NCBI GenBank assembly: GCA_963849365.1
Contig: CAWKHA010000001.1
Coordinates: 451,182-515,181, forward strand
DNA: 64,000 nucleotides
Source of the DNA: an uncultured Actinomycetota bacterium
GTDB lineage: Bacteria; Actinomycetota; Actinomycetes; Prado026
Direction of reading: 5' to 3'
Shown here piece after piece: positions 1 to 9,393 of this stretch. Both the position numbers and the translations under genes were made by a program. Position 1 is the stretch's first letter. Each line of letters starts with the position of its first letter. The notes beneath the pieces were generated by a model. The model had not been told where the DNA came from and ran no database searches. It saw only the letters and a list, made by a program, of their open reading frames with translations.

Positions 1-891
1 GAGCGCGACACCGCACGCATCGTGCTGGTCCGGGCCGGGGCACGGCAGGTTCCGGTGGGGACGGTTCCCGGCGTCGTCTCCAACGGAAGCAGCGGCGGCG
101 AGGGCGGACTCCTCGGGCTCGCGCTGTCCCCCACGTTCGGCACCGACCACCTGCTGTACGTCTACCTCAGCACCGCGTCGGACAACCGGATCGTGCGCAT
201 GACCTACAGCGGCGGCCAGCTCGGGAGGCCGGCGACGGTCCTGACCGGGATCCCGCACGGCCTGCACCACAACGGCGGGCGGCTGGCCTTCGGGCCGGAC
301 GGCATGCTGTACGCGAGCACGGGCGAGAGCGGCGTCCCGTCGCTCTCCCAGGACCGCTCCTCGCTCGGCGGCAAGATCCTGCGGATGACCCCGTCCGGGA
401 AGCCCGCGCCCGGCAACCCGTACCCCGGGTCGGTCGTGTGGTCCTACGGCCACCGCAACGTCGAGGGGCTCGCCTTCGACGCGGCCGGCCGGCTGTGGGC
501 GACGGAGTTCGGCGAGAAGGCGTACGACGAGCTCAACCTGGTCGTGCAGGGCCGCAACTACGGCTGGCCGGCGACCCAGGGACGCACGTCGAACCCGCGG
601 TACACCAGCCCGAAGGTGCAGTGGCCGACCGACGACGCCGGGCCGAGCGGCATCGCGATCGCCCGCTCGGTGGCGTGGGTCGGCGCGCTGACCGGGCACC
701 GGCTGTGGCGGGTGCCGTTGTCCGGACCGGCTGCCGGGACCCCCACGGCGTTCCTCGTCGACACGTACGGGCGGCTGCGCTCGGTGGCACTGGCGCCGGA
801 CGGTTCGTTGTGGGTCACGACGAGCAACACCGACGGCCGGGCCACGCCCAGGTCCGGCGACGACCGCATCCTGCGACTCGTCGTCAGCTGA
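1..891 (+). CDS. PQQ-dependent sugar dehydrogenase (soluble glucose/sorbosone dehydrogenase family); 5' end lies outside the window
   Basis: Frame is open from base 1 into the 22..891 ORF. Motifs GLLGLALSP, LYVY, GPDGMLY, HGHRNVEGLAFD and RNYGWP are typical of beta-propeller sugar dehydrogenases. Confidence 0.7.
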   Translation, partial: ERDTARIVLVRAGARQVPVGTVPGVVSNGSSGGEGGLLGLALSPTFGTDHLLYVYLSTASDNRIVRMTYSGGQLGRPATVLTGIPHGLHHNGGRLAFGPDGMLYASTGESGVPSLSQDRSSLGGKILRMTPSGKPAPGNPYPGSVVWSYGHRNVEGLAFDAAGRLWATEFGEKAYDELNLVVQGRNYGWPATQGRTSNPRYTSPKVQWPTDDAGPSGIAIARSVAWVGALTGHRLWRVPLSGPAAGTPTAFLVDTYGRLRSVALAPDGSLWVTTSNTDGRATPRSGDDRILRLVVS

Positions 892-939
892 CGCCGGCGC
901 CGGCGGGGAGGGCGACGCGGACAGGGCAGACTGGCCGGC

Positions 940-1749
940 ATGCGTGCTCCGGCGGTCGGCCTCGTCGTGGCGGGCGTCGTGCTCTCCCTGGTCGGCTGCT
1001 CGTCCGGCTCGGGCGGCACCGCTGCCCTGACCGGGTCCGCGAGCGGACCGTCCGCATCGTCGTCGGTGCCGACGCACGCGCCGTCGATGTCCTCGCCGCC
1101 GTCGGCCTCCCCGACCCCGAACATCAGCGCTCCCGAGTCCGTGCGCCCGGTGCCGGCTCCGACCGCTGCCGTCGTCTCCGGCCTCACCGACGCTCAGTGG
1201 CAGCGGATCGTCGCGGCCGGGGTGTGGCGGGCCGGGTGTCCGGTGAGCCGCTCGTCGCTGCGCCGGGTCGAGCTCGGGTACATCGGCTTCGACGGGAAGG
1301 CCCACCGCGGCGCTCTCGTCGTCAACGCCGACGTCGCCGGCAGCGTCGTCCGCATCTTCTCCGCGCTGTACGCGGCGCGGTTCCCGATCCGGCGCATGGT
1401 CCCGGTCGAGGCGTACGGCGGCGACGACAACGCGAGCATGGCGGCCGACAACACCTCGGCGTTCAACTGCCGCCGGGCCGGACAGGCCAACGCACCGAGT
1501 GCGAAGTCGCCGCACGCCAACGGCCGGGCGATCGACGTGAACCCGTACGAGAACCCGTGGATGGACCCGCGCTGCAGCTGCTTCCAGCCGGACGCGTACT
1601 ACGGCACTCACCGCACCGGCAAGGGCGTCATCGTCAAGGACGGGGTGGCGTGGCGCGCGTTCGTCACCGAAGGCTGGACCTGGCAGGACAGCGCCACGAT
1701 CGACTACCAGCACTTCGACACCGGCTACCCGTCGCGACCGCTCACCTGA
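940..1749 (+). CDS. M15-family (VanY-like) D-Ala-D-Ala carboxypeptidase lipoprotein
   Basis: Lipoprotein signal (…LSLVGCSSG). HANGRAIDVNP resembles the SxHxxGxAxD zinc-site motif of the M15/VanY family. Confidence 0.6.
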   Translation: MRAPAVGLVVAGVVLSLVGCSSGSGGTAALTGSASGPSASSSVPTHAPSMSSPPSASPTPNISAPESVRPVPAPTAAVVSGLTDAQWQRIVAAGVWRAGCPVSRSSLRRVELGYIGFDGKAHRGALVVNADVAGSVVRIFSALYAARFPIRRMVPVEAYGGDDNASMAADNTSAFNCRRAGQANAPSAKSPHANGRAIDVNPYENPWMDPRCSCFQPDAYYGTHRTGKGVIVKDGVAWRAFVTEGWTWQDSATIDYQHFDTGYPSRPLT

Positions 1750-2500
1750 CCCCCAGCGGCGCGCTGGACCACGACGAGCGGTCCCACGGCGTCTCGCTCC
1801 AGTCGAAGACCGGCGCCGCGGCGGGGTCCGCGGGCAGCGCGACCAGCGCGGCCGACCGGGTGCCGTAGCTGCCCGCACCGGTGTCGTGCCGGCCCAGCAG
1901 CGCGTCGGCACGCTCGAGCTCGAGCGCGCCGTCGAACAGGTCGACCCAGCCGTGCCAGCGCTCACCCACAGCGGGGTGTGGCTCGAACCCGTCGGGCACC
2001 GCGGCCGCGAACGCGCCCGCCCAGCGACCCTGACGCGCACTGTCCGCGGTCGCGTCCAGGCCCGCGATGTTGCCGACGTGGAACCCGGCCGTCACGGGCA
2101 GGCGCGTGAAGGTGGCGCGGTCCCAGGTCCACCAGAAGACGTCGCCGGTGCGCGCGTCGGCCCGCAGCAGCGCGAAGGGCTCGTACGACGCCGGGTCGAC
2201 GCTGCCCAGGCTCGGGTCGGCAAGCGCCAGCAACGGGAGCTCGCCGCGGCTGCGCAACCCGGCCCCTTCGGGCGTGGGCTGTCCGGGCGTGAAGACGGCC
2301 ACCAGGGCGCGGGCGCCGGGGTCGAGCGCCAGCCAGGTCCCCCCGCTGCGCAGGTCCCGGCCACCGACCGCACCCGGTCGGACGTCCGGCCACCACGCCC
2401 CCGGCGCCGCCGTCGGCCGGGACAGGTCCTCGTCGCGCACCGAGGCGAACAGCACCGGCCAGGCCGCAGCCGGGTCGTACCGCAGGAACGCCAGACACAC
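1742..2500 (-). CDS. NRDE-family protein (DUF833/TANGO2-like)
   Basis: An in-frame GTG at 2500 gives N-terminus (M)CLAFLRYDP… and an NRDE-like VRDE motif, matching the canonical MC…NRDE start. The upstream part of the ORF is R/G-rich and was rejected. Confidence 0.55.
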   Translation of the reverse strand: MCLAFLRYDPAAAWPVLFASVRDEDLSRPTAAPGAWWPDVRPGAVGGRDLRSGGTWLALDPGARALVAVFTPGQPTPEGAGLRSRGELPLLALADPSLGSVDPASYEPFALLRADARTGDVFWWTWDRATFTRLPVTAGFHVGNIAGLDATADSARQGRWAGAFAAAVPDGFEPHPAVGERWHGWVDLFDGALELERADALLGRHDTGAGSYGTRSAALVALPADPAAAPVFDWSETPWDRSSWSSAPLGVR

Positions 2501-2569
2501 CCCGCCAGCATCGCAGCACCCCACCCACCGTGTTGGTCTCGAGCAACGCGGTGGTGGCGGGGGACGGCG

Positions 2570-3667
2570 TCAGCTGCGCGGCTTGCGTTTGTCCGGGTCG
2601 TGCACCGACAGGTCGGTGACCGTCGCCTTCGCGCGGCCGCCCTCGACGGCCACCTCGAGGACGTTGCCGTTCGATGCCTGGTCCGTACGCAGGACGGCCA
2701 GCCCGATCACGCCGTACTTCGGCGTCGCGACCGGGCTCGTGCAGGTGCCCACCACCTCCTCGCCGCGGTACACCTCGGCGCCGTACTCCGGCGCCAGGTC
2801 CCCCTGCACCATCAACGTCTTGAACCGGTTCGGCGGGTCGGTCGCAGCCGCGGCCAGCGCGGTCTTGCCGACGAATCCGGCTGCGCTGTCGAGGGCGACC
2901 ATCTTGTCCAACGACAGGTCGTACGGAGAGGTCTCACCCGGCTGGTAGTCGACCGCGCAGATCACCAGCCCGGCCTCTACCCGCAGCATCTCGACCGCGT
3001 CCAGGCCGAACGGGCGTACGCCGGCTGCCGCCAGCGCCCGCCACAGCTCCACCGCCCGGTCGGCGTCGGGGATGAGCTCGAAGCCCAGCTCGCCGGAGAA
3101 CCCGGTGCGCAGCACCCACGCCGGGACGCCGGCCACCTCCCGCCGCTGCGGCAGGAAGTGGAAATAGCGCAGCGCGGACAGGTCGGCATCGGTCAGCCCC
3201 TGCAGGATCTCCCGCGACCGCGGTCCCTGCACCGACACGACCGGCATCCGCAGGGTCCGGTTCTCGATCGTGTAGTCGAGACCCTGGGCGTGGCCGGCAA
3301 GGAAGTCCGCGAACTCCGGGGAGTTGGTCAGCACCCAGAAGTGGTCGCCGGTGTGCTTGTACACCGTCCCGTCGTCGACCATGGCGCCGGACGCGTCGAC
3401 GAACGGGCCGTACTTCACCTGGCCGACCTCGAGCCGGGAGACGTCACCGGTGAACGTCCGCTGCACTGCCGCGGCGGCGTCGGGGCCGGTGACGTCCCAC
3501 TTCTGCAGCGCGAAGACGTCCCACATGCCGGCCGACTGCCGGACCGCCTCGTACTCGGCCTGCGGGTCCCCCAGCGTGGTGGTCCACAGCCAGCCGCCGT
3601 CCTCCATGAAGGCGGCGCCGGCCTCCTCCTGGACGCCGTGCAGGACGGACTTGACGGGCTCGGTCAT
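2570..3667 (-). CDS. Aminomethyltransferase (GcvT) family folate-binding protein
   Basis: GcvT-like core with FGLDAVEMLRVEAG and GFELIP motifs. Immediately downstream of an FAD oxidase gene, as in split dimethylglycine/sarcosine-oxidase-type systems. Confidence 0.75.
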   Translation of the reverse strand: MTEPVKSVLHGVQEEAGAAFMEDGGWLWTTTLGDPQAEYEAVRQSAGMWDVFALQKWDVTGPDAAAAVQRTFTGDVSRLEVGQVKYGPFVDASGAMVDDGTVYKHTGDHFWVLTNSPEFADFLAGHAQGLDYTIENRTLRMPVVSVQGPRSREILQGLTDADLSALRYFHFLPQRREVAGVPAWVLRTGFSGELGFELIPDADRAVELWRALAAAGVRPFGLDAVEMLRVEAGLVICAVDYQPGETSPYDLSLDKMVALDSAAGFVGKTALAAAATDPPNRFKTLMVQGDLAPEYGAEVYRGEEVVGTCTSPVATPKYGVIGLAVLRTDQASNGNVLEVAVEGGRAKATVTDLSVHDPDKRKPRS

Positions 3668-3674
3668 GGCTCTC

Positions 3675-4892
3675 CTAGCGAACGAGGACTTCGGGGAACG
3701 GCAGGGCGATCGGGTCGGCGGCGAGCCGGCTGCGGCCGTGCTCGTCGAAGCGGTCCAGCCCGAGGATGTCGGCGTCGACGACGTCCGTCCCGCCGGTCAG
3801 CACGAGGTCCGCGGCGGCCCTGGACACTCCGGGGCCCCACATCATCCCGTGGCCGGCGGCCGAGGCCACGCTGACGCCGTCGAGCGGCTCACCGCCGCCG
3901 GCCCGCAGCGCCGGCCCGAGGATCGGCAGGTGGTCCGGCGTGTAGTCGATGGTCGCCGCCCACACCCGGCGCAGCCCGAGGTCGCGCGTCACCGGGACCA
4001 GCTCGGCGAGCCGGTCCTTGATCGTGGCGAGGTACGCGTGGTCGATCGAGCGGGCCGGACCCGGCGGCTCGGCCGGGTTGCTCATCCCGAACATCAGTCC
4101 CTGCTCCTCGGGGCGCCAGTACAGCCCCGACGGCAGGTCGAAGACCATCGGCACCCGCGCCGGGTCCAGGTCCGGGTGCTTCTCGGTGACCGCGACCTGG
4201 TGCCGCGCGCCGCCGGCGGGGATGCGCACCCCGGCCACGGTTCCGACCTCGGCCAGCTCGGGCCCCCCGGTGAGCACGACCCGGCGGGTGGCGATCGGGC
4301 CGGAGCTGGTTCGTACCGCGGTGACCCGCCCGCGCGCGTCCAGCTCCAGCCCGGTGAACTCCACGCCCTCGCGCAGCTGCACGCCGTCGACGGCCATCGC
4401 CACCAGGTACGCCTGCACGTTGCGGGTCGGGGTCAGCCAGCCGTCGGCGTCCGCGTACGTGCCGCCCAGGTGCACGCCGCGGGCCATGGTCGGGTTGACC
4501 TCGGCGGCCTCGTCCGGGTCCAGCCACCGCACGTCCAGGCCCAGCGACCGCTGCATGGCCATCCGCTCCCGCGCGGCCGCCACCTCGGGCTCGCTGAAGC
4601 AGGGCAGGAAGTACCCCTGCTGCACGAAGCCGGAGTCGATCCCGAGCCGCGCCCGCTGGCTGCGGTAGAACGCCTGCGTCCACTGGGCCAGTCGCACCGC
4701 CGTGGGAGTGCCACCCTGCCCGCGCACGATGCCGGCGGCCCGGGCGCTGGCCCCCTGCCCGGCCGCGCGCTTGTCGACGACGATCACCCGGCCGGCGCCG
4801 CCCTCGCGCAGGAAGTGCGCGCACCAGGCGCCGACCGTCCCGGCCCCGACCACCACGACGTCGGCGACGTCGGCGCTTCCGGCAGGCTGCAC
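3675..4892 (-). CDS. FAD-dependent oxidoreductase (DAO/sarcosine-oxidase beta-like)
   Basis: N-terminal dinucleotide-binding motif VVVVGAGTVGAW, DAO-family length and layout. Stop lies 8 nt upstream of the start of the GcvT-like gene. Confidence 0.75.
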   Translation of the reverse strand: MQPAGSADVADVVVVGAGTVGAWCAHFLREGGAGRVIVVDKRAAGQGASARAAGIVRGQGGTPTAVRLAQWTQAFYRSQRARLGIDSGFVQQGYFLPCFSEPEVAAARERMAMQRSLGLDVRWLDPDEAAEVNPTMARGVHLGGTYADADGWLTPTRNVQAYLVAMAVDGVQLREGVEFTGLELDARGRVTAVRTSSGPIATRRVVLTGGPELAEVGTVAGVRIPAGGARHQVAVTEKHPDLDPARVPMVFDLPSGLYWRPEEQGLMFGMSNPAEPPGPARSIDHAYLATIKDRLAELVPVTRDLGLRRVWAATIDYTPDHLPILGPALRAGGGEPLDGVSVASAAGHGMMWGPGVSRAAADLVLTGGTDVVDADILGLDRFDEHGRSRLAADPIALPFPEVLVR

Positions 4893-4961
4893 GGCTGGTC
4901 CTCCCGAAAGGCGGGGCGGAGTCGGTGTTGGGCCTTTCCCCGAGCCCTGACCGTGGCATAA

Positions 4962-4975
4962 ACTGAACGTTCAGT
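4962..4975. promoter_or_regulatory. Perfect 14-bp palindrome ACTGAACGTTCAGT in the divergent promoter region, about 32 nt upstream of the acyl-CoA dehydrogenase start
   Basis: Read directly: ACTGAAC and GTTCAGT are exact reverse complements. Lies between the divergent FAD-oxidase/GcvT operon and the acyl-CoA dehydrogenase gene. Confidence 0.4.
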
Positions 4976-5006
4976 CAACATGCTCGGCGATCCCGGAGGA
5001 GCCCCG

Positions 5007-6185
5007 ATGGCCGGCTCGACGCACGGCTTGTCGCCCGACGACCTCGACGTCCAGGCGCGCGCCCGGATGCTCGCCGACGAGCTGATCCCGTACGAGGTCG
5101 AGGCCGAGCTCAACAACGGCGAGCTCGACCCGGCCGTCCTGGACAAGCAGCGCGCCCGGGTGCTCGAGCTGGGCCTCGGCGCGACCAACATCCCGGCCGA
5201 GCTCGGCGGGCAGGGCCTGACGTTCCTGCAGCAGGTGCTGGTGCAGGAACAGGGCAACCGGGTCACGAACGGTCTGGGCTGGATCCTGTACACCCCGCCG
5301 CTGTGGTTCACCGAGGTCGCCACCGACGCCCAGCGCGAGCGGTGGCTGGCGCCGACCGTCCGCGGCGAGCTGCACGAGTGCTACGCCATCACCGAGGAGG
5401 GCGCCGGCTCGGACGTCGACGCGATCGAGGCGACCGCGCGTCGCGACGGCGACCACTACGTCCTTGACGGAGTCAAGTGGCACGTGACGTCGTACAACGG
5501 CGCCGGCTACTGCTTCTTCCAGGCCAAGCTCACCGGAGGACAGCACGCGGGCGAGCACGCCATGTTCATCGTGGACCTGCCCTCCCCCGGCGTCCGGGTG
5601 GTGCGCACCCCCGCGTACTCGCACACGATCAGCCACCACCACCCGATCGTCGCGTTCGAAGGCGTCCGGGTGCCCGCCGACCAGATGGTCGGCGCGGAGG
5701 GCGACGGCATGGGCTTCGCGTACGCGTGGTTCCGGTACGAGCGGCTGATGATCGCCGCGCGCTGCCTGGGAGCGATGGACCGGCTGGTCGAGGAGGCCAC
5801 CGCGTTCGCCAGGGAGCGCGTCGTGTCCGGCCGGCCCATCATCGAGTTCCAGCAGGTGCAGGCGATGCTCGCGGACTGCGTCACCGAGCTGTTCGCCGCG
5901 CGCACGATGACGTACGAGGTGGCCAGGAACATCGACCGGGGGGCCGATCTGAAGGTGCAGCACGCCCAGGTGTCGATGGCCAAGCTGTACGTCTCCGAGG
6001 CGGCCGGCCGGGTCGCCGACCGTGCGGTGCAAGTATTCGGCGGGCGCGGCTACATGCGCGAGAACGTGGCCGAGCGCTTCTTCCGCGAGCTGCGCGTCGA
6101 GCGGATCTGGGAGGGCACCTCCGAGATCCAGCGCGTCATCATCGCCGACCAGCTCGCCAAGCGCGGGCCACGCGCCATCACCTGA
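5007..6185 (+). CDS. Acyl-CoA dehydrogenase family protein
   Basis: ACAD fold throughout (…YAITEEGAGSD…, C-terminal …ERIWEGTSEIQR…). I chose the ATG at 5007, which has a GGAGGAG box 5 nt upstream. The track start at 4980 has no RBS and abuts the palindrome. Confidence 0.8.
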   Translation: MAGSTHGLSPDDLDVQARARMLADELIPYEVEAELNNGELDPAVLDKQRARVLELGLGATNIPAELGGQGLTFLQQVLVQEQGNRVTNGLGWILYTPPLWFTEVATDAQRERWLAPTVRGELHECYAITEEGAGSDVDAIEATARRDGDHYVLDGVKWHVTSYNGAGYCFFQAKLTGGQHAGEHAMFIVDLPSPGVRVVRTPAYSHTISHHHPIVAFEGVRVPADQMVGAEGDGMGFAYAWFRYERLMIAARCLGAMDRLVEEATAFARERVVSGRPIIEFQQVQAMLADCVTELFAARTMTYEVARNIDRGADLKVQHAQVSMAKLYVSEAAGRVADRAVQVFGGRGYMRENVAERFFRELRVERIWEGTSEIQRVIIADQLAKRGPRAIT

Positions 6186-6208
6186 CCCGACAGCCGCGCA
6201 GTGGGCGG

Positions 6209-7393
6209 CTACTCCGCGCCGACGGCCGACCGGGTGTGCGTGCGCTGCGTGCGGAGCGGGCGGTCCAGGTAGCCGTTCGCGACCAGGGTGTCGAACTCGT
6301 AGACCGCCGTCTCCTCCGGAGCGATCGGGCCCGGCGTCCACCCGCGCGCGGACAGCCCGCGCTGCACACCCTCGCAGGCGTCCCAGTCCTGCCGGTTGGT
6401 GATGTCCCAGAAGTCCACGGCGTACGCCGGGTCGAAGCCCTCGCGTTCGGCCGACGTCCGCGGGAACGCCCAGGTGCACTCGATGTGCGTCGAGCCCGGC
6501 CCGAGCGGGGTGAGCTTGTGCGTCATCACGTAGTCCGGGTGCACGCTGACCAGCAGGTTCGGGAACACGTTGATGTAGCCCACCGTCGGCCGCGACTCGT
6601 GCGCGACGCCCGGGATCGGGTCGCCGTGGCTCTTCCCGTCCAGCGACATCGTCTCGCCGCCGTCGACCAGCCACATCGAGCCGCCGACCCAGGCGCCCTC
6701 ACCCTCGTAGTCGTAGCCGCTGTCGGGCGGGCTCACGGCGCAGAGCTCCGGGTGGATCGACGTGCAGTGGTAGCACTCGTTGTAGTTCTCCGAGAGCACC
6801 TTCCAGTTGGACTCCACGACGTACTCGTGCCTGGCCAGGGTCACCAGCGACGCGATGTCGTACGGCGCGACGATCCGGTCCAGGTCGCCGAGCTGCTCGG
6901 CCAGCGGGCCGGCGTCGCCCGAGACGTTCACGAACACGTACCCGTGCCACTCCTCGCAGCCCAGGCCGAGCAGCGGGAACTCCGCCGGGTCGAAGGCCGC
7001 GACGTCGCGGAAGTTCGGCGCCGCCTTGAGCGAGCCGTCCAGCCCGTACCCCCACGCGTGGTACGGGCACACGATCGCGCGCCCGCTGGCCGATGCGTCG
7101 CACGGCAGCAGCTCGTGCCCACGGTGCCGGCACACGTTGGAGAACGCGCGCAGCGCGCCGTCGGCGCCGCGCACCAGCAGCGCGCTCTCGGTCCCGATGC
7201 GCACCGCGCGCTGGTCGCCGGACTCCGGCAGCTCCTCGCTGCGCGCGACGCACATCCAGCGGCGGCGCAGGAAGTGTTCGGTCTCCCAGGCGAAGACCTC
7301 GGGGTCCACGTACGCCTCGCGTGGGAGCAGCCGGCTCTCGCCGAAGGGCAGCAGCACGGGGGCGAGCTTGGCGGGGTCGATCGGCGCGGGCAT
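6209..7393 (-). CDS. Rieske [2Fe-2S] non-heme iron oxygenase alpha subunit (GbcA/Stc2-like N-demethylase-type)
   Basis: Rieske motif CRHRGHELLPC…CPYHAWGY and a mononuclear iron site NYNECYHCTSIHPEL. A TAGGAGAG RBS lies 7 nt before the ATG. Confidence 0.8.
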   Translation of the reverse strand: MPAPIDPAKLAPVLLPFGESRLLPREAYVDPEVFAWETEHFLRRRWMCVARSEELPESGDQRAVRIGTESALLVRGADGALRAFSNVCRHRGHELLPCDASASGRAIVCPYHAWGYGLDGSLKAAPNFRDVAAFDPAEFPLLGLGCEEWHGYVFVNVSGDAGPLAEQLGDLDRIVAPYDIASLVTLARHEYVVESNWKVLSENYNECYHCTSIHPELCAVSPPDSGYDYEGEGAWVGGSMWLVDGGETMSLDGKSHGDPIPGVAHESRPTVGYINVFPNLLVSVHPDYVMTHKLTPLGPGSTHIECTWAFPRTSAEREGFDPAYAVDFWDITNRQDWDACEGVQRGLSARGWTPGPIAPEETAVYEFDTLVANGYLDRPLRTQRTHTRSAVGAE

Positions 7394-7408
7394 GGCGCAC
7401 TCTCCTAT

Positions 7409-7424
7409 CTGAACGTTCGTTCAG
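7409..7424. promoter_or_regulatory. Inverted repeat CTGAACG-TT-CGTTCAG in the 5' leader/promoter of the Rieske oxygenase gene
   Basis: Read directly. It shares the TGAACGTTC core with the 4962..4975 palindrome and sits about 15-30 nt upstream of the Rieske ATG on the minus strand. Confidence 0.4.
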
Positions 7425-7469
7425 GATAGCGGGCGGGCCCGGCCTCCGTCCACGATCGGCCCGCGACGG

Positions 7470-8267
7470 TCAGTCGCGGTCGGCGCCGAGCGGCGCGATC
7501 AGGTCGTGCAGCTCGCCGAACAGGCCCGGCGGTGCGGCCAGCACCAGCTCTCCGGACGCGGACGCGCCGTGCAGGCCGCCGACCACCGCGCCCGCCTCGG
7601 TCGCGACCAGCGACCCCGCGGCCAGGTCCCACGGTGCCAGGCCCCGCTCGAAGTAGCCGTCCATCCGGCCGCAGGCGACTGAGCACAGGTCCACCGACGC
7701 CGCCCCGTACCGCCGGATGTCCCGCACCCGCGGCAGCACGTAGGCGACCACCTCCGCCTGGTGCGCCCGGCGGGCCGCGTCGTAGCCGAACCCGGTCGCG
7801 ACCAGCGCCTGCTCCAGCCGCGTGCAGCCCGAGACGCGGACCGGGCTCCCGTTGCGGGTCGCGCCGCGACCGCGCACCGCCTCGAACGTCTCGCCCAGCA
7901 CGGGCACCTCGACCACTCCGACCTGGACCACACCGTCCACCTCGGCGGCGACGCTGACCGCCCAGACCGGCAGCTCGTACAGGTAGTTCACCGTGCCGTC
8001 GAGCGGGTCCAGCACCCACCGCACCCCGCTCGAGCCAGCAGTGGACGCGCCCTCCTCTCCCAGGAACCCGTCGTCCGGACGGGCCGCCCGGATGCGGTCG
8101 ACGAGAAGGCGTTCCGCCCGGGTGTCCATCTCGGTGACCACGTCGGTCGGCGTGGACTTGGTGCCCACGCTCAGGTGGGCCGGCCGCTCGTGCAGCAGCA
8201 CCCGGCCGGCCTCGGCCGCGACATCGCGGGCCAGCGCGGCCAGCGAATCCAGGTCGACGGTGGTCAT
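7470..8267 (-). CDS. Inositol monophosphatase family protein (SuhB/ImpA-like)
   Basis: IMPase motifs WVLDPLDGT, EEG and GxxDxYxE-like regions. I chose the ATG at 8267, giving MTTVDLDSL…, because the first 26 codons of the track ORF overlap the ferrochelatase gene. Confidence 0.75.
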   Translation of the reverse strand: MTTVDLDSLAALARDVAAEAGRVLLHERPAHLSVGTKSTPTDVVTEMDTRAERLLVDRIRAARPDDGFLGEEGASTAGSSGVRWVLDPLDGTVNYLYELPVWAVSVAAEVDGVVQVGVVEVPVLGETFEAVRGRGATRNGSPVRVSGCTRLEQALVATGFGYDAARRAHQAEVVAYVLPRVRDIRRYGAASVDLCSVACGRMDGYFERGLAPWDLAAGSLVATEAGAVVGGLHGASASGELVLAAPPGLFGELHDLIAPLGADRD

Positions 8268-8269
8268 CG

Positions 8270-9364
8270 TCAGTCGCTGCCGGCGAGCGCGGGACGGGGG
8301 CCACGCGGGTTCGGGCAGCAGTCGGGGAGACAGACATCGCGCCACGGGCCCAGCGCCGACAGCGCGGCGCGCTGCCCGGGCGGGCGTCCGTCGACACGCT
8401 CCCGGACCAGGTCGACGACCATCGCGACGAACCGCGGGTCCGTCCCCGGCGTCGCCGCCCGGATCATCGGCAGGTCGAGGAGGCCGGCCGTCTGCCGTGC
8501 CAGCGTGTCCAGGTCGTACACCACCTCGAGGTGGTCCGAGACGAAGCCGATCGGCACGACCACCACGGCCGGTACGCCATCGGCGGCGAGCTGCTCGAGG
8601 TGCTCCCCCACGTCCGGCTCCAGCCAGGGCTGCGACGGCGGGCCGGACCGCGACTGGTACACCAGGTCCCAGCGGTGCTCGGCCCCGGTCTCCCGAGCGA
8701 CCCCCTCGGCCACCAGCGTCGCGACCGCGCGGTGCTGGGCCACGTAACCGCCGCCGGCGCCGGGCAACGCACCGCTGCCGTCGGCCTGCGCCGTCGGGAT
8801 CGAGTGCGTCGTGAACACGAGGCGCGCCCCCGCACGGACCGCGTGGGGCAGCTCGCCGAGGGCCTCGACCGTGGCGTCCACGAACGGCCCGACGAAGCCC
8901 GGGTGGTCGAAGTACGGGCGGATCTTGTCGATCACCGGGGCGCCGGGGACCTGCTCGGCGGCGTCGAACAGGTTCTCGCGGTACTGCCGGCAGCCGGAGT
9001 ACGACGAGTACGCGGTGGTGACGAACGCCAGCGCGCGGCGCACCCCGTCGCTCGCCATCGCCCGCACGGCGTCTCCCAGGTACGGGTCCCAGTTGCGGTT
9101 GCCCCAGTACACGGGCAGGTCGAGCTGTTCGTCCGCGAGCTCCTTGCGCAGCGCTGCGAGCAGGGCCGCGTTCTGCGCGTTGATGGGGCTCACGCCGCCG
9201 AAGAGCTGGTAGTGCTCGGCCACCTCCGCGAGCCGCTCGGGCGGGATCCCGCGTCCCCGCGTGACGTTCTCCAGGAACGGGAGCACGTCGTCGGGACCCT
9301 CGGGCCCACCGAACGAGACCAGCAGCACGGCGTCGTACGCGGGCGAAGTCGAGGCGTCGATCAC
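8270..9364 (-). CDS. hemH: Ferrochelatase (actinobacterial coproporphyrin ferrochelatase type with a C-terminal [2Fe-2S] Cys cluster)
   Basis: Ferrochelatase fold ([13 protein letters not shown]…). The C-terminal extension …CLPDCCPNP plus an internal Cys matches the Fe-S-containing actinobacterial HemH/CpfC type. GTG start. Confidence 0.85.
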   Translation of the reverse strand: MIDASTSPAYDAVLLVSFGGPEGPDDVLPFLENVTRGRGIPPERLAEVAEHYQLFGGVSPINAQNAALLAALRKELADEQLDLPVYWGNRNWDPYLGDAVRAMASDGVRRALAFVTTAYSSYSGCRQYRENLFDAAEQVPGAPVIDKIRPYFDHPGFVGPFVDATVEALGELPHAVRAGARLVFTTHSIPTAQADGSGALPGAGGGYVAQHRAVATLVAEGVARETGAEHRWDLVYQSRSGPPSQPWLEPDVGEHLEQLAADGVPAVVVVPIGFVSDHLEVVYDLDTLARQTAGLLDLPMIRAATPGTDPRFVAMVVDLVRERVDGRPPGQRAALSALGPWRDVCLPDCCPNPRGPRPALAGSD

Positions 9365-9393
9365 CGTCCCATCATCCCGCTAGGTTCTCAGGC

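Noticed and set aside
1886-3874. Long ORFs such as 1886..3874(+), 17648..20386(-), 20925..24785(+), 27294..29090(+), 34340..36769(+), 51803..54592(-) and many shorter overlapping ones
   Set aside because: Their translations are dominated by R/G/P/A (GC-frame artefacts). Each lies antisense or out of frame to a gene with clear family motifs. Only the in-frame tails at 24204..24785 and 28857..29090 were kept as separate genes.
4962-7424. Resemblance of the GAAC…GTTC palindromes to the actinobacterial LexA (Cheo/SOS) box
   Set aside because: Spacing and flanks differ from TCGAAC-N4-GTTCGA, and the downstream genes are catabolic rather than SOS genes.
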